From Malacoraja senta (Eukaryota), in NCBI GenBank assembly GCA_038087875.1, contig JAXLNO010005688.1, positions 124,001-188,000 of the forward strand: a stretch of 64,000 bases of DNA. The letters run 5' to 3'. The notes under the pieces are model-generated. The model searched no databases. It was not told the origin of the DNA and was given only the letters and a program-made list of their open reading frames with translations. Positions 51,291 to 63,770 of this stretch are shown here, one piece after another. Made by a program: the position numbers and the translations under genes. Numbering within the stretch: the first letter of the stretch is position 1; each line of letters begins with the position of its first letter.

Positions 51291-54200
51291 CAGGGCCGGA
51301 TTTACGTATAAGCTGGACAAGCTTCAGCTTAGGGCCTCGAGATCTAGGGGGGGCTCGCAGAGCCGGATTTACCACTAGGCTTCATAGGCTGAAGCCTGGG
51401 GCCTGGAGATCTAGGGGGGGCTCGCAGAGCCGGATTTACGACTAGGCTTCATAGGCTGAAGCCTGGGGCCTGGAGATCTGGGGGACCTCCGGTCAAGGCA
51501 GGACACCAGCCGTTCAAATCTGGGCGGCCCCCCTCTCTATCTCTCTCTCTCTGTCTGTCACTCTCCGTGTCCGGGTCTCCGTTCTCCGCTCGCTCCTCAT
51601 CCGCCGGCACGGCCGGCCGCCTTGCACATGCTCACTTCTACGGCCAACACGTCCTCCCCTGCACATGCGCACAACCACGGCCCGTACATCATCGGCCGCC
51701 CTGCGCATGCGCACTGCCACGGCAACTGGTCGGCGCTGGGCACTTTCTCCCTCGCTTTGAATTGTGGGAGGTTTGGCCGCCATTGCTGTCCGGTCGCTGC
51801 CTCGCCGCAACCGCTGAAAACTAACACAGAATCACCCCCTGACCGTGGATCAGGAGTAACTCCCTGGAGTAACTCTAGCTTCTGGTTTCCTGGTCCTCCA
51901 TAAATATTCTAAAAGGAATTTAAACTGGAGGTGGTGGAGGGCTGAACATTAACAGCCTATTGCATTTTATCTGTTTATTTATTGTGTATATATATTGTCT
52001 ATGGTATATAAACACACTGAACTTTTATCTCCTGTTCTGTATTATGTTCACATATTCTGTTGTGCTGCAGCAAGCAAGAATTTCATTGTCCTATCTGGGA
52101 CACATGACAATAAAACCCGGACTTGAGAAAAAAGTGTTCTTGGGGAAAAAAGAGGTACCTTAAATTTAGTTGCGTCTGGTTGGGTAACTATGGTAGGGTG
52201 AAGAATATTCCATGATTTAATTGTGCGGGGGAACTCCACGGAGCAGCCAGCAACTCAGGATAGAAGAAATTGGGTGACGTTTCGGGTAGAGACCCTTCTT
52301 TAGACTCCCTCTGGTTTTAGTGTCTTTAGTTTAATTTAAAGATACAGCGTGGAAACAGGCCCTTCAGCCCTCCGAGTCCACGCCGACCATTGATCACCCG
52401 TACACTAGTTCTTTCCCACACATTAGCGAAGTAAGTCAAGAGTCAAGAGTGTTTTATTCTCTCACGTCCCAGTTAAAACAAAGAAATCCTTACTTGCAGC
52501 AGCACAACAGAATATGTAAACATAGTACTCTGTAAACAATGTTATAAACGAGAAAACTAAACGGTGTATATTTATATTTGAATATATAACTATATAAATA
52601 CATATGTGTGTGTGTGTATAATATATACACCCACACACACACACATACAATTTCCATCCTGGGATTAATAAAGTTCTATCGTATAGTATCGTGTGTGTAG
52701 GAAGGAACTGCAGATGCTGGTTTAAACTGAAGATAGAGACAAAAAGCTGGAGTAACTCAACAGGTCAGACAGAATCTCTGGACAAAAGGAAAATATTACG
52801 TTTTGGGTTGGGTCTGAAATAGGTTCCTGCACACCTTTGGAATGTGGAAGGAAACAAGAGCACCGGGAGAAAACCCATGCGATCAAAGGGAAAAGGAGCA
52901 AACTCCATACAGACAGCACCCATATTCAGGATCAATTCCGGGTCTCTGGCACTTTTAGGCAGCAACTTTATGGCCAATGTACAGCCCCATAGTCTTGAAC
53001 TTAATTAAAAGGAGAACTGTAGCATTTCCTGCGATTGCAAGGGAAAGTGCAAGGAGAGGGGGTGGTTTGGGTGGGAAGGGACAAATTGACCAGGGAGTTA
53101 CGGAGGGAGCGGTCTCTATGGAAAGCCAACAGGGGAGGAGATGGGAAGATGTGGCCAGTGGTGGGTCCCATTGGTAGAAAAAAAAGCTGGAGAAAATCAG
53201 CGGGTAAGGCAGCATCTGTGGAGCGAACGAATAGACGACGCTTCGGGTCGAGACCCTTCTTCAGATTGATGTCGGGGAGGGGGGTGTGGGTGACATGAAA
53301 AAGAAAGGAAGAGGCGGAGACAGTAGGCTGTGGGAGAGCTGGGAATGGGAGGGGAAGGAGGGAGAAAGCAAGGACTACCTGAAATTAGAGAAGCCGATGT
53401 GCATAGCGCTGGGGTGTAAACTACCCAAGCAAATATGAGGTGCTACCCCTCCAATATGCGGTGGGCCTCACTCTGGCCATAGAGGAGGCCCAGGACAGAA
53501 AGGTCGGATTCGGAATCTGAGGGGGAGTTGAAGTGCTGAGCCACCGGGACATCAGGTTAGTTATTGCGAACTGAGTGGAGATGTTGTGCGAAGCGATCGC
53601 CAAGCCTGCGCTTCGGTTGATCATACGCTGAATAATCCAACCACATTTTTGGAAGTGGAAAGAAATAAATGAAATTGCATTCATTGCAACGTGTAAAAAG
53701 AGTTGAGATACAGTATTATAATTTCGCTGCATGTCATTGTGGTATATATCATGTCCTGATTGGTGAATATGTTTAGTTTGTACCTTTACTTGAAGCAGAA
53801 ATAATATGCGAGTGCTTCATTGAGTATAATTCCGACAGGTAACTATGCACTTCGTCCAAGCACATTATCGCACGCGCCATGCAAGCCGTCTTAAATAACC
53901 ACATAAACTGTAATTTGGCAACTTAAAAAGCTGCCAAGGTTGCCCGGCTGACAACAGAGAAAAAAAATTAAGTGAGAGCCCTGCAAGGTGTATAGGCCTT
54001 TCTTACATATGCTGTCACAACGCACTGTAGTCTCTAAACAACCCTTCAGTAATTGTCCTTGCCCTCCATTTCAGAATAATCGTGTTTTAAGCCAATAATT
54101 CGACACCAGCACAGGCAATAAATAAATAAATAAATAAAGCCCAGCTTGCCAGCCCCTTATCTCATTGGCCACGCTCGGCAGCAAATCGGTGTCAATCTGG

Positions 54201-54294
54201 TGGACCATCTTCCCCTAATCGTGGGGGTGGGGGATTGGGGGGGGGCTCACAAGTGGAACAGCTTAGGGCCTATCTTCATCTAAATCCGGCCCTG
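51291..54294. mobile_element. Non-autonomous hAT element (about 3 kb) carrying secondary insertions
   Basis: TIR CAGGGCCGGATTTA / TAAATCCGGCCCTG and 8-bp TSD ctgttagg/ctggtagg. It interrupts a CR1 fragment that continues on both sides; subterminal repeats at 51291-51485. Confidence 0.88.
52990..53620 (-). mobile_element. Penelope-like element fragment inside the hAT element
   Basis: Same family as 27390-28185 (RRLGDRFAQHL, VAQHFNSP; pLTR at about 53170-53270). Confidence 0.8.
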
Positions 54295-54744
54295 CTGGTA
54301 GGTTTCAATGAGATTTCCCCCTCATCCTTCTAAATCCCACGAGCACAGGCACAGAGACTTCAAACATTCCTCATACGTTAAATCAATCATCCCCAGGACA
54401 TACTTCCTCTGGACCCTCTCCAAAGTCAGCACATCCTTTCTAATATGGAGCCCAAAACGGCTCACTATATTCCAAATGTGTCCTCACCAGTGCCCGATAA
54501 ATCCTCAGCATTATATCATTGTTTTTATATCCTAGGCCCCCGGAAATGAATGCTGGCATTGCATTTGCCTTACTTACCACCGACTCAATCTGCAAATTAA
54601 CTATTTGGGAATCCTGCACTAGTACTCCCACTTTGTAGCTCAGATTTCTGAATTCCATCCCCATTTAGAAAAAAAGTCTATGTCTTTATTTCAACAGCCA
54701 AAATGTAAAACCGGACACTTGCTACACTGTATTCCATTTGGCTC

Positions 54745-55410
54745 TGCTTTGCCCACTCGGTGGAACTGCTGTCTAACAGCGCCAGAGACCCGGTTCAATT
54801 CTGACTACGGGTCCCGTATGTGCAGAGTTTTGTACCTTCTCCCCGGGACTTGCGTGGGTTTTTGCCTGGATCTCCAGTTTCCTCCCTCAGTCCAAAGACA
54901 TACAGGTTTGTAGGTTAATTGGCTTGGTATAATTGTAAATTGTCCCCTAATAAGTAATATAATGTAAGTGTGCAGGGATCGCTGGTTGACGCAGACTCGG
55001 TGGGCTGAAGGGCCGGTTTCTGCGCTGTATCTCTTAAACTAAAACCACATTCCATTGACTATCAATAATTCTGGGGAATTAGATAACCACAAATTATTAA
55101 TGGGTGGCACAGTGGCGTAGCGGTAGAGCTGCTGCCTTACTGCACCAGATACCTGGGTTTGATCCTGACTACAGGTGCTGTCTGCAAGGACATTGTATGT
55201 TCTCCCTGTGACTGCGTGGGTTTACTCCGGGTGCTTCGGTTTCCTCCCACACTCCAAATACATACAGGTTTGTAGGCTACTTGGCTTAGGTAAAATTGTA
55301 AATTGTCCCCAGTGTGTTGGTTAGTGTAAATGTACGGGGTGATCACTGTTCAGCAAGGACTCGGTGAGCTGAAGGGGCCTGTATCTGCACCATATCTCTA
55401 AAGTCTAAAA
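54745..55410 (+). mobile_element. Two adjacent V-SINEs (about 54745-55045 and 55103-55410)
   Basis: Two copies with V-domain and tail. Confidence 0.8.
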
Positions 55411-55508
55411 CCAAAATCCACAGTTTAGTTACGAGTGTGTTGAGGTTGTTATCTCAGTCTAGGAGGTTTATGGTCTCAAGTGATCAGACCCATTGACTTG
55501 CCACTTAC

Positions 55509-55781
55509 CCTGTGGAACATTGACTCCCTGCAGCAGAGTTGCATGTTCGATGTAACAGGAGAATTTTGCCACATCTTCTCTACTCAGTTGAATTGTATTC
55601 TTCAGCTGGTAAGTCCCATCCCAATTGGGCAACAGATCACTGGATTCAGACTCGTGGACCCCCTCACCATCTCTCAGGCACGTTACATCGATAGCCCGTG
55701 GGTAGAAGCCTGTGGCAAGGCAGGAGAGTCTCAGTGATTGCGACCCATCACGTTTAATCCCAATAAACACCTCAGGGGTTT
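55509..55781 (-). CDS. MHC class I-like gene A, alpha3 (Ig C1) exon
   Basis: ttgcag| acceptor and G|GTAAGT donor, 273 bp, phase 1-1. Translates ETPEV..LSCLATGFYPRAIDVTCLRDG..LLPNWDGTYQL..FSCYIEHATL. Confidence 0.95.
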
Positions 55782-56354
55782 CTGCAAGTGTAAGAAGCTT
55801 CAGAATCAGTGAAGACATGAACAAAAGCCTTCAATTGTAAGATCAATGCAACTCACCTCTTTTCCAATCAGTTTTTTCACTGGCTGAACTAAATTTTCAG
55901 CCTAGACCCAAAATGCTAGAATAAATCAGCAGGTCAGGCAGCATCTCTGGAGAGAAGGAATGCCCAGAGATGCTATCTGACCCACTGAGTTACTCCAATA
56001 TCTTCTATCTTCGGTGTAAGCCATCATCTGCAGTTTTATCTTGCACAAAGTTTACAGACTTTTTTCTCTTCATTTTGCATTTCTGGCAAAACAACAAAAC
56101 ATTTAGTTTTAATATCACTGACATGCTCCTTATCATAGCTCCAGACTTTAACTGACAGCGCAGATGAAAGGGGAATGCAGGGCCCAATGGAGGAGTATAA
56201 CTCAACATTGGGATTGATACTGTAGACATGATTGCTTCTATTTGTTCACGAATCTCTGCTGAAACATAACACTAAATATTCCAAGAGGGAATGGGAGGAA
56301 GAAGTTCTTCAAATAGAGAACTGTTGGAAATTGAATGTCACCTTCCTAAGGAGT

Positions 56355-59300
56355 AATAGTAAGATTAAATGAGAACTTACCAGTTTGAAGTTTGATCTTT
56401 ATTTTATGAGGAGTTACGATGAGGGATTACGTGAAGAAGACCCCGTCCATCCGCATGCGCATCAATCTTCAAAGCAGCAGTGTGAAATGACAGGCAATAG
56501 TAATTGAAGTATAATAGTAAGATTAGAGAAGACTAGAACTACCAGATGACCTTTATGAGGGTTGGGAGCGGAGGGCACGTAATCCCACATCGTAACTCCT
56601 CATAAAATAAAGATCAAACTTCAAACTGGTAAGTTCTCGTTTAATCTTACTATTTTACTTCGGAGTCACGTGAGTGACTACGTGAAGATTTCAAAGCTCT
56701 GTGATTTCATGCCGCAGATTCAAATCCAGGCGTCTCACTGCATCGATTGACTCAGAATGAGTAAATGATCAATAACGCATCAAACCATAACATTGCTTTA
56801 AACACATTAACGGTTTATTTTGTAAAGAAACAATAGCAACCCCTTCTATCTCAGGGGGGGGACTATAAAACTGAACTCAAAACATAATGGGCAAATACCC
56901 CCGGTTTGGCAATCGGTTTATGATACAAACTTTTGGAACATCAATTCATTGGACCATCCTGTGGCCGCGAGAATATGGTCTCTAGGGACGTCCATTACCC
57001 TGGCCGCTGAAGGTGATGCCACCCTGGTGGAATGAGATTTAAAATTGTCAGTGTCAATCCCAGCATAAAGCAGAACCTGCTTTAGCCACCTTGAAATAGT
57101 CTGAACTGACATCTTTCTATGCGGCTAATAAACAATGCTGATTCCGCACCTCTTAGGGTTCTGGTAGCCTCGATGTAATATAACAAACATGACCCCACAC
57201 ACAGGCGGGAATCTGTAGGGTATGCCGAAAAAGTAATCTTACACCCTGTCGCCCCTAGTCTACTCTGCTTGAACAAATCATAGATGTAAAAAGTGACGGC
57301 ATCTGCTGACACTTCCATCCTATCTAGTCGCAGCTTCTGTAATGTCTGCACACGTTGGGCTGAAACCAACGCCATAAGCATGACTACCTTCATGGTGACG
57401 TTGGCGAAAGACAGGGCTGTGACAGGAGTCGACTGACAAAGGAGCATAAGAACTTCGCTTACATTCCAGATTAACGAATACCTGGGCCTGGGAGGATGGG
57501 AATTAAAAATTCCTTTCATAAATCTAGATAATAGAGGGTGTGTCCCCTCAGAATATAGTTCTGATCCCATGGATAAGTATGAAGACCGTGCACTTCTGGC
57601 TGTATTGATCGCACTATAGCTTAACTTATGATCGAAATAGAGCATTGACAAGAATTTCAGCACATCTAGGATGCCTGCAGTTTGATATGAAATATGATAT
57701 GCCGTAAGCAGAACACCTCCCACTTTCTTATCGAAGAGATGTACTGCTTTTGTGTACTATCCCTCCAGGCCACAGTGATAACATCCACGGTGCTATCGGA
57801 TAGTCCTCTCCCCAGGTTTGCCCTTCTTAGAATCTGCAAATTAATAGATCAATACCATCATGTAAAGGATGTTGATCGCCAGTTACCGGGTGCACCAGTA
57901 GGTTTCTATGTTAGGGAACAATCATATGAGGCTGTGTGGTCATCTGTAAAACGAGATGGAACCATGGCTGAGTCGGCCAGTCGGGTACCACCAATACTCC
58001 TGAGGCAGAGACCTGCTTGATTTTTTTGCAGACGCCGACTGATGAGGCAGAATGGAGGTAATGCATATAAAAACATTCCACCCCAATGCAGCGAGAATGC
58101 ATCGACTGTTGCTGCCCCAGGATCTGGTTCCCATGAAACATATTTAGGCAACTGGTGGTTTAGTCTGGATGCAAACAAATCGATATCTGGCATCCAATAC
58201 CGAGCAACAACATCTTTAAATATGTCATGACTCAACATCCATTCTGTGTTGTCATTGAATTGGCGTGACCTAGTGTCTGCCACTATGTTGAATCTACCTG
58301 GTAAGTAGATTGCTGAAAGCCAAATGTCTTTGGGAATAAACCAGCTCCAGATCTGATTAGCCAATCTATCACAAGATTCCGACCTGACTCCACCCATATG
58401 ATTAACATAAGCCACAGCTGTAGTGTTGTAAATTTGAACCTGCACATGCAAATGACTCTTGGTAGGGCAATAAGCTTTAAGCCCATAAAACGTTCCCAAA
58501 CGCTCTAAATAATTGTTCCCTCGTAATTGCAGAAGAGATGCCTCTTCCCTACTCCATCTACCTCCACAGCCGGAAAAAGTATCAGTAGCACCCCAACCTA
58601 GAGCACTAACATCAGTCTGTAAAACTATGGAAGGTGGTTCAACCAACATTTTCATGGAACTACTTGAGACATTCATGATCCACCATTGTATTTCAGCAAT
58701 GGCTTCAGCTGGTAATTCCATGGACCTATCAAAATTCCATGGACCTGAATGTGTCCGCAGTCTCTGTTCTTTTGCTCGTTGTAATTGTTGATAATGCAGA
58801 GCTGGAAAAGCAGCCACTAATTTACCAATCAAGCTCGCCACCTGTCTGATTGTAGGTCGTTGTTCAGCAATGAGCTTGATACCACCTTCAATTAACTGCA
58901 GCCTTTTATCCCTGGGCAGAGTCACCAACATGTGATCTGCGTTAATAGTGAAGCCCAAATATTCAATAACTTTGACTGGTGTTAATTTGGATTTACCTGG
59001 ATGAATGATGAACCCCAATTTCTCAAAGTGAGTATAACTACTGAAACGGATGATTTAGCTGCGTCCCGAGTCTTTCCTACAATTAAGATATCGTCCAAAT
59101 AGGCCATTACGATATGACCCTGAGCTCAAAGAAGCCCCAGAACTGCTTTTTATCAATTTGGTAAACAATCTAGGAGCTGAGGTTAATCCATTAGGCACTG
59201 CTTTGAATTGCCATAATTGACTCATCCAGCTAAACTTCAAATATTTCCTATCAACGCAATGAACAGACACTGAGTAATATGCATCTTTTAGATCTATGCT

Positions 59301-61116
59301 TGCCATATAACACCCTTTGGAAATCAGCTGTTAGCAGTAGGAAAAGTTTACATTTTGAAATGTCTATACTGTACAAAAGGATTAAGGCTCGTCAGGTCCA
59401 GGATGATTCTACATCCTCCATCCTTTTTAGACCTAGGAAATATATTGGACACAAGCTGGTGGGGTTGACGAACCGCCTTCTCAATCACCCCTTTATTGCA
59501 TAATTCCTCAAGTTCTGCCTGTATCTCCATATTCTCTTCGTGTGAGAAAATGAGTGTCCGGCTTGGAACATGCTGAGTGGGTGGACACAAATTAGGATAT
59601 AATTCAATTCGAAACCCTCTATACTGCACAGCACAAACGGATCTGATGTTATCTCCTGCCATTCTTTCAGAAACAAGTGTAACCTACCCCCAACTTGTAA
59701 ATATTTCCCATTTAAAATGTTTCTATCCGGAACAAAACCACCTACCTGCATGGTTATCGGTGGAACTTGTTGCCCCCGGTTCCTCATGGGAAAATTCATG
59801 TTTGCCCGTGTGCCTGTAGCAGGGCGCCAGCTGCGCATATTCGGGATGACCGGCTCGTTCCTTCACCATCCCCGGTCATTGCACCCCGTCGGTAGGGGTA
59901 CTGCCTCCCAACCATTTTGCTGCCCATCGGCGCTTTGATTAACCCCACTGTCTTTGCCTCATCATCGAGCTCTTTTACTCGCTTTGCGAGGTCCTCCCCA
60001 AACAGTAGATTCGGCAGTTGAACATTGCTGGGCTTGCACAGCGCTGCAAATTTAGGGTGAATAGTAGGGCGTATGCACTTCAAAATGTGCACTGCACAGA
60101 AGACCTAAAGCATCCTGTTGTGCTTCAGACAGGTGCCCCTCGTCCACCGTTCTGGCGAACGCAGTAATGCCTGCAGCAAGCAACTTAAGCACCCGCTGGA
60201 GTTTTAATTCTTGTGCCCGAACACCAACTCCCATTTGGCCCCATATCACATGGTTAACCACCAGTATTTTCAGTAAGCCACAATTAACCGGGGTTTCATA
60301 CCTCTTTGCTGTATCATCCATTGTCTGCTCTTGGAGCTGATGGGAGAGTAAATAGTTAATTCTTGTGGCCAACTCCTCACCCAAAGGCTCCCCTGATTCT
60401 GTGGGGATAGCAAATGTTGCCGCCAAATTTAGTATTCCAATCTCATGCCCTTCACCCCTTGGGCTCTGCTCACCCACTGCTTTGGCGTAAGTGTAAAGCT
60501 GACCCATCAAACTCTCCTCCTCCATGAGGGAGCGACTGTGCAGCCCTATTCCAGGCGCTGCTGGCACAGGCTCTCCAACAGCCCGGCGTGGACACCACTC
60601 CTCCTCCCGTAGTGTATCCTTTCCGAGCATCCTCTCCATCAGGAGCTCGATTTGAGATAACCGTGTAAGAACGGTCTCCCTTTGCGGAGGCGAATCCTCC
60701 TGGCCCGACTCGGAGTCAATGGGCCTAGCAGACTTAGAAGTATCCTTACGCCCTAACGGCGCGGCGACGGTGCTCACAGGCAACGTGTCTGCAGTCGCTA
60801 ACCCAACTGCTAACGACGGTACAGGTGAACTAGGTGGGCACCCGCTACCGGCACTCCCCCAAGCTTTTAGCAGCGGGTCGCCTCGCCTTCCCCTTAGAAG
60901 CTTTCTGCATGTTGATCTCGCCCTGAAAAACAAGCGTTTCCACCAGAAAGCATCCTCCAACTAAGTTGAGCACTTACCACGAGGATTTAAACTTACCCGC
61001 TGGAGGAGCGTTGCTACTCCAACCGGTCGCTGCACCATGCGTCTGGCGTAAATGACGCGCATGCAGCTGGACGGGGTCTTCTTCACGTAGTCACTCACGT
61101 GACTCCGAAGTAAAAT
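56355..61116 (-). mobile_element. DIRS1-type retrotransposon, full length, decayed (copy B), in the alpha2-alpha3 intron of gene A
   Basis: ITRs and ICR (about 56577-56688). ORF1 60960-59800, RT (AYLDD), RNase H/MT ORF 59018-57906 (DLFASRLN..ALPPF), YR 57723-56918 (AQR, HSTR, GW). Frameshifted. Confidence 0.95.
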
Positions 61117-61344
61117 AGAGGCAAATAGAGAATCTGATTGGGTTTCTGATGATTTCAGCGACAGACCCTTCAGGCACAAGGTCAATGCTAAACATAAGAC
61201 CAAGATACATATCCCTCCATTTCCTGAATATCTATATGACTGTGGATAGATGACACTGGTACAATATTTATCTTTCATTTGCACTTCCTACCCACTGGCT
61301 CCATCTAAGAGGCACGTTGCCAGACAATTTACTGATACCCTCGG

Positions 61345-61648
61345 CCAAGAACAGGGTGGCGAAGCGGTCGAGCTACTGCCTTACAGCGCCAGAGACCTGG
61401 GTTTGTTACTAACTAACGGGTGCTTGTCTTTACAGAGTTTGTACGTTCTCCCTGTGACCTGCATGGGTTTTATCCCAGATCTTCGGTTTCCCCTCACACT
61501 CGAAAGACGTACAAATTTGTAGGTTAATTGGATTGGTATAAATGCAAATTGTCCCTAGTGTGTGTAGGATAGTGTTAGTGTGCGGCCATGGCTGCTCGGT
61601 GCGGTCTCCGTGGGTTTCCGAGCTGTATCTCTAAACTAAACTAAATAA
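61345..61648 (+). mobile_element. V-SINE (HE1-like)
   Basis: Head, V-domain and (aaact)n tail. Confidence 0.82.
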
Positions 61649-61744
61649 TTACTCAAGTGACAGCCTGAAGTGCATGATATTTTCCACCTGATCTATCCAG
61701 AGGATATCCTCTGGCCCATCAGTCAGAGTGCCTACGTCGTGTAC

Positions 61745-62026
61745 CTCTCCTATGTAGTGCTTCTTGTCCACACTCCAGATATATCAGCAGCCACTTCACA
61801 CAGTCCTTCTCCAGGAGATCTTTGAAATACTTATTCATGAAGGTGTTGACATTCCACCGATTTGCTAGCATCTGGAAATCTAGACGTAGTGCAATCCAGC
61901 GCATTCTGTCCTTGTCAAAAGCACATGCATCCTCCCCATCATAACCCACTCTGACAAACCCATCAGTGGCATTGTCACTGTCCACTTCACAGCCGCAGAA
62001 ACCCTGCAGAAAGCAAACAGCTGGGG
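61745..62026 (-). CDS. MHC class I-like gene A, alpha2 exon
   Basis: ctcag| acceptor and G|GTACAC donor, 282 bp, phase 1-1. Translates (T)PAVCFLQGFCGCEV..YDGEDACAFDKD..W..RW..LLEKDCVKWLLIYLECGQEALHRR with the canonical C101/C164 pair. Confidence 0.95.
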
Positions 62027-62959
62027 CTGAGGTGGAGAATTTGGGTAGGGGAGAGGGGATGGAAGGGAGAGGCATTTACAAATCAGTTCTCAGCATGGTA
62101 CAAACAGGCATAACAGAACACAACATGGAGCTGTACAGCACAGGAGCAGGTTTAGTTCAGAGATATAGCGCGGAAACAGGCCCTTCGGCCCACCGAGTCC
62201 GCACCGACCAGTGGTCCCCGCATATTAACAGTATCCTACACAGACTACTTTTCTTTCCAGCTTTCTCCACCCTACTCCATCACTCTAAATGGTCCTGATC
62301 TCATATGTTTTCTGTCCATTTTGCCACAGCATGCTGCCTGACTCGTTGAGTTCCTCCTGTTTGTTTTTAATTCAGATTGAGAGCACCTGCAGTTTGCTGT
62401 GATTCCATCTTAGCACAATGGATGATCAGTGTGGATTCAGTGAGCAGAAGGGCCGGTTTCCATGCTGTGTGACGCAATGACTCAATGACCCATGGTTTAT
62501 ATACTGTGGGCATGGACTAACCTCAAGTGTTGAGGGGGGAAGCTTTACTATTGCGGATGTAACACTAAAGAAGTTTTGCTGTGTCAGAAGGGTAGAACTC
62601 AGATTTTTGCACTGTCGTACATAAAGAACAGAGGAAGAAGTGCATTGTCAGATGGGCAATGCTATACAGATCCAACAGGTACGTCTGAAGGTTAAGGCAA
62701 TGCAGATGGGAAGTACATCAAGGCTGTTGCACTGTGTGGGATTGCTACACTCTCTGTGGATTGTTGCCAATATTGAGCGAATGCTGGATTAACAGAATAT
62801 TATTACTGAGGGAATACCTCATAGTCACCATCAACCAGCTTAAATCAAGGTCCCATCCCTAGAAGATCAGGCTATAAATAAACTAATGGTTTCTCCCTCA
62901 TTCCAGCCCAACAAAACATATGATCCAATCCATCCACTTATTACTGGTGTTGAATATCA

Positions 62960-63600
62960 AATGCTTAACCCATAAAGAGACTATCACCAGCCAACTGTTA
63001 TGATTGTGTGTTCAGCAGTTAGGACACATTAAATATAGACGATGGGCCGTGTCTCTATCAAAATGTGATGGAGTAAATGTCTGAAACAGCATCAATGGTG
63101 CTGAAGTGAAAAAGGTTGAGAGTTTCTGGTTCCCCTACTGCCTCAGGAGACTAAGGAAATGCGGCATCTCCAATGACTCTTACAAACTTCTACAAATGTG
63201 CCAAAGAAAGCACACTGACAGGTTGCATCACAACTTAGTTTGGAAAGAGTTCTAACCAAGACCGCTGGAAATTGCAGAGAGGTGGAGAAGTAGCACAGTC
63301 GATCACACAAACATGATTCCCCACCAGTGAATCCATCTGTATTTCAACTGGTTCAGGAAAGCAGACAACATAATCAAAGATTCATCCCGCTCTGGTCAAT
63401 CATTCTTCTTCCTGCAGAAGGTATGTAAGCATTAAAGCGTGCATCACCAGACTCAGTAACTGTTTCCTCCCCTATGTTATCAGGTTTCTGAACAGTCCTC
63501 CCTTATGCTAGGGTTCACCTCAACCCCATTGTAGACACTGGACATTGTCTCTGGCACTGGTGCATTAAAATGCTGAGAACTACATTCTGCACTCTTTGCT
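62960..63600 (+). mobile_element. Rex1/Babar-type LINE remnant in the alpha1-alpha2 intron of gene A
   Basis: Degenerate LRRLRK.G..TL.NFY.C..ES.L.GCIT..G..KLQR..IIKD.S..RSIK..T.RL.NCF pattern. Confidence 0.65.
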
Positions 63601-63770
63601 CTACCTATTGTACGAGTTTGGTTTGATTGTATTTATGAATAGTTTTCTTTGATGTGATTGACTAATGCAAAAAAAGTGTATCAGAGAATCATGTGTCAGC
63701 AACAAAACTAAAACAAAATCCATTTGTGTCATCACTGGGTGTCTACCCCAGGTCCGGTCACGACACTTAC

